NCBI GenBank assembly: GCA_951406725.2
Contig: OX597823.1
Span: 41,540,001-41,604,000, forward strand
Direction of reading: 5' to 3'
Source of the DNA: Octopus vulgaris
Lineage: Eukaryota
DNA: 64,000 bases
A program made the translations under genes and the position numbers. The notes beneath the pieces were generated by a model that had not been told where the DNA came from, made no database searches, and saw nothing but the letters and a program-made list of their open reading frames with translations. This document shows positions 52,059-64,000 of the stretch, in pieces. Every line of letters begins with the position of its first letter. The first letter of the stretch is position 1.

Positions 52059-53178
52059 GTAAGTATGCAATTCTACTAGCTTTTACTAACTCATCATCTA
52101 CACAACCATCCTGCACCTTTTCTATCTTTATCAACATTTCTTTTTTCATTAGTTCTTAACACACTGCATAATCATTTGCATTGCTTTGTTAATGCTTAAA
52201 ATGACACTCATCACAAACTTTCAAAAGATCACACTTAGAGTTAATAAAGAAATATTTATTACAACTACAACAACAGATAGTCTCATTAATACTCCAGACT
52301 TTATCAACTTTTTTTTTTTTTTTGTAAATATGTGTGCTTTTTTCTTTCTTTTTACTCTCTAAAAAATTCTATAATTTAAAAATAAATCAGTTTTTCTTCT
52401 AGAATTTATGATTAAGGTAGCATGTATAGTTATAATAATGTTTACATTAATGCATGAATGTTATGCAGAATGCTTTTACCTCTCTTATTTTTTTTATTAA
52501 TATTATTGTTGCTGTGATTCTATACATTCTCAAATGAAATCCCTGACTGTCTCAAGCTCTGTAGGACTACTTATTACTACATCACAAACTTTTGTCTTTG
52601 TCACCTTGCTTTTTTCACCCAAAGATATACTTAAAACCAAAAATGTATTTTCTATCCTGAATTGTTGCTTGGTGCTTTCAACTTATGTTTCATTTATATA
52701 GCATAGAAACTCATGGTGTGCCTTGGAGACCAGTTATTGTGAGGGAGATAATAATTTCTAATTAAGTCCTGGTATGAGTATTAATTTTAATTTTAAATCA
52801 AAGACAAAGAAAGAAGATGCTCAGAATATACATAATCGACTCCTTTTACTTTACTCTTTACAAATATCTTAAAATTTCTAGTGGTGGATAATCATGTATT
52901 GCACCATTTCATTCTTATTAGAAATTATCAACATGACATGATGCAACGAAAATAAATTTAACAAAATTAAACATCTTATGAAACAGAAAAAAAATTCTAC
53001 AAGTAAATACAGATAGAGAGAAACAAAGCAATGAAACTGTCATCAGTTATTCTGCAGCCATCATTCAGTTTATAACAAACTAAAATTACACTTTTATAGT
53101 TCCTTTGAAATGTCAATAGCTTTTGTGTTTTATTGTTTACAAATATATATATATATATCATCATCATCGTTTAGCGTC

Positions 53179-53212
<34 letters not shown>

Positions 53213-53367
53213 AAAACTCCAAGAAAGTTAGAGGTTGTGAATCCAACCCACTAAGGGATAATATCTATCCAATATACTGCTGGTAGAATACCCAACTGTT
53301 AATACACAAGTGTTTTTTATTGCATTGCAATTACATTACCTAGTGTACTAAATGGGTGAAGGTAATG

Positions 53368-53422
<55 letters not shown>

Positions 53423-54067
53423 GAAATATATATTATATACATCTATACACACATATATATAAACACTTTTTCAGCATATCTTTTGCACAGAAAACGTTAT
53501 GTATGGGAGTCTTTGTAACTGTATCATTCAATAGATAAATAGATATACTCTTCTATTTCCAATGATATTGAGGTCTACCTCTTTTGTCTATCTACCTATT
53601 CTGTCTTTCTGTCTTTCTATACATATATATATAGATACCTTCTTATATTCGTAAAGAAGGAAATTTGTTAAATGATACAAATACACACAGACACACACAC
53701 ATGACAATTTATTTCATTTTAAGTTATGAGTTTTACTGAAATATATTATATCAACTTTGGTATGATTTGAAAAAAATCATCGTTGTCAATGTTCAACACA
53801 TTATTTGATTATAAGTATCAAAGTGTGTCATAACAATCATGTGAGTTGTTGGCTGATCTCCTTTGTTTAGCTGTGTAAATATTAATGAAGAGTTGAACAG
53901 AACCATTGAACAGGTAACAACATTGTGATAAAAGATTTCAATTCTAGTTGCAGAGAATGAAGCAGAAATCACAATTAAATCATACTATTATTATTGGAAA
54001 GGACAACTCTTCCGAAATTTAACAATATCACCATATGAGTTCATGCTATATCATTATTGTAACTCTT

Positions 54068-54285
54068 AAGGTGGCAAGCTGGTTCAATGGTTAGTGAGAC
54101 TGACAAAATGGTTAGAAGCATTTCTTCCAGCTCTCTATGTTCTGACTCCAAACTTTACCAATGTCAGGTTTGCCTTTCATCTCTTTGGTGTCATTGAAAT
54201 AAGTACCATTTGAACACTGAGGATTGGTGTGATCAATTTGCCTTCTCTCTTAAAATTACTGGACTTGTGCAAAGATTTTCAACCT
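54068..54285 (+). mobile_element. SINE family A, old
   Basis: aaggtggcaagctgg...tttgcctttcatc...aaataagtacc. Confidence 0.7.
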
Positions 54286-55453
54286 TTGTCTTTGTAATTC
54301 TTGATTTTAGGTTTACTCATGACAAACATTTAAATTTTAAAAAAATAAAGGAATTATGAAAATAAATATATTGTGAAGATTGATATGGATAAGGAGTAAT
54401 AATATAAAAATGGTTATGATAATGGCACTGAGAGGGAATCAAAGCACTCTACAATATTCTAAAATTTATTACATTATAATCTCTTGATATGCACTTCTGT
54501 GAATTTGGTTTTTTTTATTATGTTATTATGAGGGGTTGTGAGTGTGCATATGTAGGAAAGGGACAGTTATATAATTAAATTGATTATGATAGTTTCAAAA
54601 ATGCATTTCAGTGAATACTTGCAACCTTTCTGCAAATGTGAAGTGGAATGTCTTGCTTCTGCTTCATATTCATCAGCGATCATTAGTATCCATTTTAGTA
54701 CCTACTTGAAATTATAGCATGAATTTTAATTAAATAGTTACCTGTACAAGCACACAAACACATATGCACCTCCCATACTCACACATGCACACATGCTCAC
54801 ACATGCACATGTGCATGCATGCACTCAAACATGCACACACACACACATGCACACAACACACCCATATAATTAACATCTTCCCAGTTATGATTATATATTC
54901 CACTGTAGCTGCTGCACTAGGTTCTAATATTTAGCTCTACTTGTCTAAGACTTCGTGCCAAAATAAAGAATTGTTCTAATTGATATTTTTTGCCTGGATA
55001 CATATCATTACTTTTCTTACAAATACTATTTGAATGGCACCATTTTCTCAGTGAATGGAATTCATGACCTTGTATTAGTTACTTTGTTAATATTCTTGGC
55101 AAAAATTACAATATATCATAAGTTATTTCTCTCTTCTATAATTCTAAGACTTTATTTATATATAAGTTAATTACTTTGCTAATATTCTTGGAAAAAAGCA
55201 GACAAGTCACACTTTTCCATTTCCTTTTCTCTGTCAATCTGAACCTTTTGTGCTACAAATCTTTTATAACAAAAATTTAATAACTTCTTTTCACCTCAGA
55301 TCCGTTAATGTCTCCCACTTTTAGTGTGTGCTATATTTCATAATTTCCTTTATTCTTTAGGATAGTACACTGGAAGTTATTGTATTTGACAGTGGATTAC
55401 AGTTTCTCATTATGGATTTCAATGCAAGTGTTATTAGAATTAATGTAAATTAA

Positions 55454-55617
55454 TGCAGGAGTGACCGTGTGGTAAGAAGCTCGCTTCCTAACCACATGGT
55501 TCTGGGTTCAGTCCCACCCACTGCAGGGCACCTTGGGCAAGTGTCATCTGCTGTAGCCTCAGGCCAACGAAAGCCATGTGAGTGGATTTGGTAGATGGAA
55601 GCTGAAAGAAGTCTGTG

Positions 55618-55656
<39 letters not shown>

Positions 55657-55790
55657 ACATATGTGTGTCTTTGATAGAATAAGTATCAGGCTTACAAAGA
55701 GTAAGTCCTCAGGTTGATTTGTTTGAATAAAAGCATTGCTCTAGCATAGCTGCAGTTATATGACAGAAACAAGCAAAAGAATAAAAGAAT
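55454..55790 (+). mobile_element. SINE family B, internally deleted
   Basis: gcaggagtgaccgtgtggtaagaagc...ggcaccttgggcaagtgtc. Confidence 0.85.
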
Positions 55791-56040
55791 ACATATATAT
55801 ATCATTTATAGTCATGCTTAAAATGTTTCTCAATATTTTCATGTTTGTTGCTACTAATTTCCTTCTCCTTTGATATGGCTATAATAATGAGTTAATATCA
55901 TTATTAATACTATCATAATAATGAGTACGTACCATTAATATTTATTGCCCATAATAACTTATGGTAATTTATTGAAGCTTATTTAATTAACATACCAAAT
56001 TCAGCTGATGTGGTTTTACCATTCACCCAACCAGCTTTAA

Positions 56041-56259
56041 CCTTTTAGCATTTAAACTGGCCATTTCCAGCCCAAATATTTACCAGTTTTGCATTTAGAC
56101 CAGGCAGATCTGGTCTCTTACGTGTACCCTACAATGTCATTCTAAAAATATTCAATCACAACACCAAAATATTAAAGCTAGAAGACAATGAATGATAAAT
56201 TTCAAACAATGTGAATGAATAAGCATTGCATTTGACAAAGTAATCTGAATGCTAAACAG
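56041..56259. mobile_element. piggyBac-type MITE with TTAA TSD
   Basis: TTAA(56037-40) ccttttagcattt ... gaatgctaaacag TTAA(56260-63). Confidence 0.8.
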
Positions 56260-57593
56260 TTAAACCCTGATGATAAAGAAAGTAAGTACCAGTAATATGT
56301 TTGGTTAATTCAGATAACTATATTCCACCTCTACAAGTATTTCACTTTTTATTATTTTTTCTTTTTCTTCTTTTGCTATACTATATTGCTCTGTCTCCAG
56401 TATATGATTTAATGTGCCTTGTGGTACTTCTCATTTGTTGATATGGCCCTCTTTGTTGTACCCAGAAATACTATCATGAAATGTATAGAAATGTAAAGCA
56501 CACGAAACTTTTGTTTCTCTTTCTTTGCTCCAGTTTCCCTAAATATTTCTTATGATAGTAGATACATGACACCTGTGTTCATATCTTGCCTTCTGTATCT
56601 TGATGATTTATTGTCAACCCATTTCTCAACACGTTAGTTCCATCGTCATAGATGTTCTCCTTTCTAAGGGCCTCCTTCAGTCAGGATGTACATGCTATGT
56701 AAGGTATTTCCTGTGGACGGCAGGAATTTGGCTATGCATAAACATCTTTTCCTCTCTACCATTCACATTGTCCAAAGCAAAGGTGCTGACTTGGGTTGAT
56801 ACAGTTTGGTGCCAGTGTCATTATAGGAATGCCAAGTGCTGGAACACATACTGCTACATCTACCATCTAACAACTTTACCAATCCACTACCTTGGATTAC
56901 TTCTTTTTTATTATCTCATAAGAATGTAAGATAAGTGGGTATCAACGGGATTGAATTCAGATTGTAGAGAATCAGAAAAAACACTGTGAGGTATTCTGTC
57001 TTACTCTCAAATGTCTCTGCTAGTTAGGCACCATCTAAATTCCCCACAGTCATATTCCACTGCCTGTCTACGATTTGGTTATCCCCACTCTAAGTGTTGA
57101 TAAGTACCCACTGTATTTGGTCATAATTTGGGATTACATATATTTATACTGGACATGTGTAGCATTTATCATGAGTGTACAAGTGGGAAACTATGCTAGC
57201 TGTAGTATTTTTCAAGTGCTATTCCTTGTCTGTATACACACTATAAATGTTATATACACTTATATTTTAATCTAAAGGTATTTTAAGTGCATACATTATT
57301 TGCAGATATTAGTTTTGCATTCACATATAATCCATCTTCACCGGGACTAGATGATATGATAATGGCTCCTGATGGCCAACTTGTATTCCACAAATATCTT
57401 TTACTTTGTCACAAAAACATCTCAAGTAGCTTCCAAAGATGTTCCTTTCTTTTGCAATGCTTCTTTTGCAATGCTTCACAATACTAAAAAATGCCATACA
57501 TGAACCAAATTATTACTTCAACTTGGTTACTGTGGATATCAAATGTAAGCAGAAATCCATAATGGATACACTATAGACTCTATTCTTGTTTTA

Positions 57594-59403
57594 CCCTTTA
57601 GTGTTCAGGCTGGCCAAAAATAATTTCCCTTCATTTGTTTGAACTGGTCAAATTTGGCTGTACTGAGTCCTCTATGAAATCATTAAAGAAATAAACAAAT
57701 CTCGTTATTGAATTATTGTAGCTTTGAGATCATGTGAGATAAAGCCTTTCCTTTCCCGCTTTTATTCAAGTATAAATACTGTGAAATTCTTGAGACATTT
57801 TGGCTTTTTCAATGTTTGAAGAGAAGTGTACATTCTAGTTTTTGATGATATGGCATCAGCAAGTTGCAATTTGGACTTCGAAGGATTTATTCTTCATAAT
57901 GTGTAAAATATAAACAAAAACAACAGTGATTTGTCTTCAGATGAATCTGATATTGATATTTATGAATCTTCACATGACAAGGAAGATTTTGATAATGAAA
58001 GTGATGAAAATGATATTGAAAACATTATGGCACCATGGTTGAAGATTACTACCTCAACCACACACAATTCCCGATTTCACAGAAAAGACTAGTCCACAGC
58101 ATAGTCTACCTCCCCATGCTCAGCCATTGGACTATTTATTTTTATTTTTACCGAAAAGTTTTTTGAAACTGTTGTAGAGGAAACAAATAAATATGGTCAA
58201 TGCATAATTTATTCATGGAAGACCCAATCCACTATAGCAGCCAACTAATTCAGTGGAAACGCAAGCTTTTTTTACTATAAACATTATGTTTAATATCAAA
58301 CAGCTTCCTCAACTGTGGAACTATTTCAGTCCTGATATAAGGTATGGTAATCCATGTATCTCCAGCATTATGCCTAACTGTAGTTAATTCATATATTGTT
58401 TATGTAAAAATCCACAAGGCACCTCTGCCTATGACCATTTGAAATTTTGTGTTGACATCAGGTCTCAGTTATGTGAGGGCTTTCCTTCCAAAAAGCACAG
58501 AGCTGTTGAAAAAAGCAAAATTAACTGAGGTGGATGTCAACAGAGAAAATATTGACTTCCATAAAGTGGAAAATAAATGGAAGGAAAAAAAGTTTGCAGA
58601 CTGTGTTCATTGCAAAAAAGAAAAACTGCAAAAGGATATCAGGTCAAGACCTCACATATGCATTCATTTTGCAAAGTGCCCTTGTGTAAAGGGTGCTTTG
58701 GACAGTGTCATGATAGAAATATGGCATAACTATACTTTGTTTTTTTAATTGTAATAGTATCATATATTCCTTTCATTTTATTACAAATAGTATGTGAAAG
58801 TGAGTAATACATATTAATTTTCACCTTTGTCTCACCTGTTAATGAACTTTTTTATTTCATGCATCCTGTTATGTAAATGTTTTCCTTAAATTGTATAAGA
58901 GTACATAGCCAATGGTATATTGACTAGTAAAAGAGTTTTGTACTTTATTTTCAATGAAAATGTTTGAATGAAATATAGAGAAAGAATGAAATTGTGTGCC
59001 AATTATACTTAATTATACTTAATTCAAGTTAATGAACCTCATTTTGAAAAGTGGCAAAATTGCTGGCAGTTAACATCTGGGATAATTTTAGTAATAAATA
59101 AATCAGGTAAGATGCATTAAGAATCTCAATTTTAGTGCTTATCCATAATGTTATTGTTTTTACACCTGTTAATTAAATTTACTTTCCCATAAAAGTCAAA
59201 TTTAATCAGAAAGATCAACTACAATTACATAACTATAAACCATTGGTATATAAGCTCCCACTGACAAAATTTCAAATCTATATGTAAAAAATCAACAAAG
59301 TTACAAGCAAATATTGTGAACACTCCTCTTGAACCTGAATAATTCAAAATAATGTGAGCAAATGCAGAATTACATCTCACAGATTAATGTGAAAACTAAA
59401 GGG
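57594..59403 (+). mobile_element. piggyBac transposon, internally deleted
   Basis: TIRs ccctttagtgttca (57594) and tgaaaactaaaggg (59403); flanks TTTA and TTAA; transposase remnants inside. Confidence 0.85.
57850..58730 (+). pseudogene. piggyBac (PGBD4-like) transposase pseudogene
   Basis: Acidic N-terminus (SSDESDIDI..DNESDEND), QPLDYLFLFLP..FETVVEETNKY, PTNSVETQAFF..NIM..IKQLP..WNYFS, C-terminal Cys-rich DCVHC...FCKVPLCKGCFGQCH; catalytic core deleted. Confidence 0.85.
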
Positions 59404-60473
59404 TTAAGGAAATATCATTTCTTCAGCATTTCGACTCAATCTATTGTTTCCATGTTCACCCTTAACGGCCCCAGTTTTCTGTCTGCATCTATGTCACACA
59501 TTGGTAAAAAAAAAAAATTTTTTTTTATTGTCTAGTTCTGAGTATTATATAGACTACAATAGACACAAAGATGGCTTGGATACAGTCATGGCTGTGTGGT
59601 TAAGAAGTTTACTTTGCTTCCCAACCACATGATCTCAGGTTCAGTTCTACTGTGTATTACCTCGGGTGTCTTCTACCATAGCCTCGAACTAACCAAAGCC
59701 TTATGAATGAATTCAGTTGAGGAAACTGAAAGAAGCCCTTTGTATATGAGAATGTGAGTGTGGCTCCTAATCTTGACATTGCACAATAGCTGTAAATGAG
59801 CTTCCTCTTCTCCTCTAATTCCTTTTCCCTAGATTTCCCTTTTCCTTCATCTTCTAGGGTTTATAAAATCGAGTACCTGTCAAGTACAGAGATTGACAGA
59901 TTTAACTAGCATACGATCTCTACTGTTGTTAGCCATGTGCCAAAATCTGAAGCTATTATTATTATTATTAATGTTGTTTCATGTTTTCACTTATCCTTAT
60001 CATCATCCTTATCATCATCATCATCATCATCATTTCTGAAACTGCTGAACAGGTAAGATGTTAGATTTTTGACATGTTCTGGTTGTTAGTGTGTATAAAT
60101 AATCTGCAATTGACATCTGTCCTTGAGCAAATTTCTCTACTCTACTAGCCAATGGCTTTAAACTAATTATAAATCATCCATATTGCCATCAGCATCATTA
60201 TCTTTAACCTTTCAAATGTTAACATTCAGCTACAACTATAAAATGTATATTTAGTAAAAATAACTTCAGAGGAAAAAATTCAATGTAAATTTAGAGCTAG
60301 GAAAATCTTGTAAAATATGAGTAAAATAAGTAAGAATATAAGAAAGCCATTCCTTTTACCCTTGCCCAAATGGTATATAATTGCCAATTATAAATTAGAG
60401 GCATAAATGGTATTTTATATGTGCCAAAAATAATGTCTAATGATTTCATATAACTGTTCTCCCACCATCTTCA

Positions 60474-60652
<179 letters not shown>

Positions 60653-60917
60653 GCTGATGTTCTTATTATCATTATTGAACAATATATATAAATGTATATA
60701 TTTATATATGCATATATTAATATACATATATGTATATATGTATATATATATATTTATATTAACATCCATGTGTGTGTATATATATATATATATATAAATA
60801 TATATATATACATATATATACATATATAAATATATCTACATATATATACATATGTATAAATATATACATACAGATATATATCTGTGCATATACATATATA
60901 TACATTTATATATAAAC

Positions 60918-60958
<41 letters not shown>

Positions 60959-60984
60959 TGTGTGTGTATATGTATATATATATG

Positions 60985-61015
<31 letters not shown>

Positions 61016-61565
61016 ACATATATATATATATATATATTCACACATGTATACATACGAATGTTTATGTATACACACACATATATACACAGGCACACACACA
61101 TACACACACATAGTTATCTTAAATTAGATTCTAATTTTTTCTCTCTTTCTCCGCAAATGTTTTCATACTACTTGAACTATTTAGAAAGAACTACCTGTGT
61201 TAATTATGAGGCCTAAACAGCCATACGTAAATATGTGTCGGTTACTGGTTACTGTGTGTATATGTCTGTTATGTGCACCACTTTACTGCTTACATAAGTC
61301 ATTTATGTAAGCAATTAATTCTCACAAATAAAATTTAAATTGCCGATTAGCAAAGAAGGGGGCTGAAGTGTTTGACTATGATAGGCCTAGATTGAAACAC
61401 ATGCACACATATTGGTGTGTGTAAAATGCGGTTAACTGCAGTAAAGTTTAAAATGAAAGACCTCTTTGGAATCTTTTGGAGTAATAGTATTTAATTTAAG
61501 GATATCTTTTCTTTTATAATAAATCTCAGAGCGTGTTATAAACAGTAGCTACAACACATCGTGAT

Positions 61566-61899
61566 GTATATTTGCCATTGAAATATGGCTAACCCCTAAG
61601 GGTGGATGCTACTGTAGTTTGTAGCCCCAGGAGGCCACCGCCTCCAGCTGGCTATAGACACACTTTCTGTGTCCTATCAGTATTTGCAAAGGGAAGTCAC
61701 ACACCGATGACGGGTCAATACCCAGAAACTCGAGTCCGTGTGTATCATAAATTGAAGACGGGAAGGATGACTTCCCTTTGCAAATACTGATAGGGCACAG
61801 AAAGTGTCTATAGCCAGTTGGAGGAGGTGTCCTCCTGGGGCTACAAACTACAATAGCATCCACCCTTAGGGGTTAGCCATATTTCAATGGCAAATATAC
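61566..61899. mobile_element. Fold-back element with ~133-bp inverted arms and a hammerhead motif in the loop
   Basis: Arm 61566-61699 is the near-perfect reverse complement of arm 61768-61899. Confidence 0.9.
61698..61742 (+). ncRNA. Minimal type-I hammerhead ribozyme-like motif with palindromic stem III
   Basis: Stem I cacac/gtgtg; core CcGATGA; stem II gggt-caat-accc; GAAA; stem III ACTCGAGT (perfect palindrome); triplet GUC. Confidence 0.65.
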
Positions 61900-61934
61900 G
61901 TTTTCTTTAATACTTTCACATGTATTAATCATTG

Positions 61935-62300
61935 GATGATGGCCATGCTGGGGCATAGCCTTGATGAGTTTTAGTCAAATGAATCAATGCCAGTACTCTT
62001 CTTTTTAAGCCTGGTACTTATTCTATTGGTTTCTTCATCAACCTGCTAAGTCATGGGGATATAAACAAAGAAATCTGGTTGCCAAGCAGTGGTGGGGGAC
62101 AAACGCTAGGATTCACTCACCTACATATACACACGCACACACACATGCATATATATTCAATGGGCTTCTTTCAGTTTTTGCATTTGCCAATTTCATTCAC
62201 AAGGGTTTTGGTTGGCCCTAAGCTATAATAGAAGACACTTGGCCAAGGTGCCTCACAGCAGGACTGAAATCAGAACCATGTGGTTGGGAAGCAAACTTCT
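61935..62300 (-). mobile_element. SINE family B
   Basis: Reverse complement of family B as seen at 26262. Confidence 0.8.
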
Positions 62301-62441
62301 TGCCACACATACATATTTGTGCCTATGTATGTATGTATGTATGTATGTATGTATGTATGTATGTATGTATGTATGTATGTATGTATGTATGTATGTATGT
62401 ATGTATGCATGCATGCATTTACATATGTATGTGCATATATA

Positions 62442-62953
62442 CAGGGTGCAGTGAATAAACTGTCATCTGAATTATGCAAAAATAACATTGACATCTAATA
62501 TTAACAGATATATTTACCAAAACTACATAAAAATATCTTGAAATATAAAAGAAATTTATTTAATAAAATCACCTTTAGATTCAATCACGGCCTCCAGATG
62601 ATTTCAGAATATTCTGCGACTATTCTGGATGGTCTCCTTGTTTAAGTTGGTGAATGCTGTCATAATCCTTGCCTTCAGTTCATCTTTGGTGTTTCAAGGA
62701 GTTTTGTAGGTCTCTCACTCAACTGCCCCCCACACATAATAATCAAGTGCATTGCAGTCTGGGGAGTTACCTGGCCAAATTTTAGGGATGATGTAGTCGC
62801 AGAAATTGTCTGACAATCATGACTTGATTCTCCTGCTTGTGTGGCATGGTGCAGAGTCTTGTTGCCAGACATAGGGTCTTCCAGCAGCCACTCTTTTGAC
62901 CCAGGGCAGCACTACCTCCACTAGGAACTTGATGTAGGCCTCTGTGTTGAGTA
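62442..62953 (-). pseudogene. maT/DD37D Tc1-mariner element, 3' half (transposase stop at 62556), cut by a SINE
   Basis: TA-cagggtgcagtgaataaactgtc TIR; VWQQDSAPCH..S*LSDNF..IWPGNSPDCNALDYYVWG with 37 residues between the 2nd and 3rd catalytic D. Confidence 0.85.
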
Positions 62954-62967
62954 TGCATTCGATATAT

Positions 62968-63372
62968 ATAGCTATGTGGTAAGAAGCTTGCTTCCCAACC
63001 ATATCATTCTGAGTTCAGTCTCACATTATGACACCTTGGGCAAGTGTCTTGTACTATAGCATCGGGCCAACCAAAGTGTTGTGAGTGGATTTGATAACTG
63101 GAAACTGAAGTGGCCTGCCATATATATATATGTGTGTGTGTGTATTTATGTGTGTCTTACCGTCTGTGTTTGTACCCGATCATTGCTTGATAACTGATGC
63201 TGGTGTGTTTGTGTCCCCATAACTAAATGGTTTAGCAAAAAAAACTGATTCAGTAAGTATTAAATTTACAAAGAATAAGTCCTGGGGTCAATTTCTTTGA
63301 CTAAAACACTTTAGTGTGGTGCTCTAGCATGGCAGCAGTCAAATTCCTAAAGCATGTAACAGAATAAAAGAA
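62968..63372 (+). mobile_element. SINE family B
   Basis: gctatgtggtaagaagcttgcttcccaacc...caccttgggcaagtgtc. Confidence 0.8.
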
Positions 63373-63794
63373 TCTATGTGGTACATTATATTTTTGAGCA
63401 AAGCACTTCATTTCATGTTGCTTTGCAATCATTTCACCATTTGATGTATGACATGCTGTGCATCTGTAAAGGTAATGCTGATTTGATGGAGGGAATAAGC
63501 TATTGTACAGCATAAACATTCAATCACTATAAGCAGATCATTTATGCAGGTTGTTAAGCAAGACATTTCAGAAGCCTCATCTGTCATCTAGAACAAGAGA
63601 CACCATACCATGATATACTAGGGTGTGTAGGTGTGATATATATATATATAAACACACACCACGCATATATATTTAGATATGTATACATACATACATACAC
63701 ATATATGTTTGTATGTAAGCACATGCACACAATATACTTATGCATACGTACACACACATATACACACACACATATATATATGCACATAGATATA

Positions 63795-64000
63795 CAGGGT
63801 GTGGTGAATAAACTGTTGTCTAAATTACGCACAAATGAAAATAACAATGGCATCACATTTCAACAGATATATTTACCATAATTACATAGAAATATTTTGA
63901 AATATAAAAGAGTAAGTTTATTCAATAAAATCACCATTGGCTTCAACCACAGCCTTCTGGTGATTTCAGAATCTCCTGCAACTATTCTGGATGGTCTCTT
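63795..64000 (-). mobile_element. Second maT/DD37D element, 3' end (runs off the window)
   Basis: TA-cagggtgtggtgaataaactgttgtc TIR and aataaaatcaccattggcttcaaccac, homologous to 62442-62640. Confidence 0.85.

Overview
This is AT-rich, microsatellite-dense eukaryotic DNA with no intact long ORF. The tRNA-headed SINE families and repeat landscape look like a coleoid cephalopod, most likely Octopus; this is inferred from repeat recognition, not a database search. The window reads as one long intron or intergenic stretch. It is filled with modular SINEs, RTE and R4/Dong LINE relics, decayed Tc1 (DD34E), mariner, maT (DD37D) and piggyBac transposons, hAT/Tigger/piggyBac MITEs and several long fold-back palindromes. 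Most ORFs in the supplied track are microsatellite or SINE artefacts. Main observations: (1) about ten degenerate type-I hammerhead-ribozyme motifs from at least four unrelated repeat families, sitting in ~300-340 bp tandem units or long palindromes, an architecture like retrozymes or Penelope pseudo-LTRs; (2) a strong candidate 12-nt frame-preserving microexon at 52047-52058 in a repeat-depleted region; (3) a piggyBac element next to a MITE that appears to be a deletion derivative of the same family; (4) SINE arrays stacked in (AAT)n tracts and unusually long TSDs. All boundaries were read by eye and are approximate unless stated.
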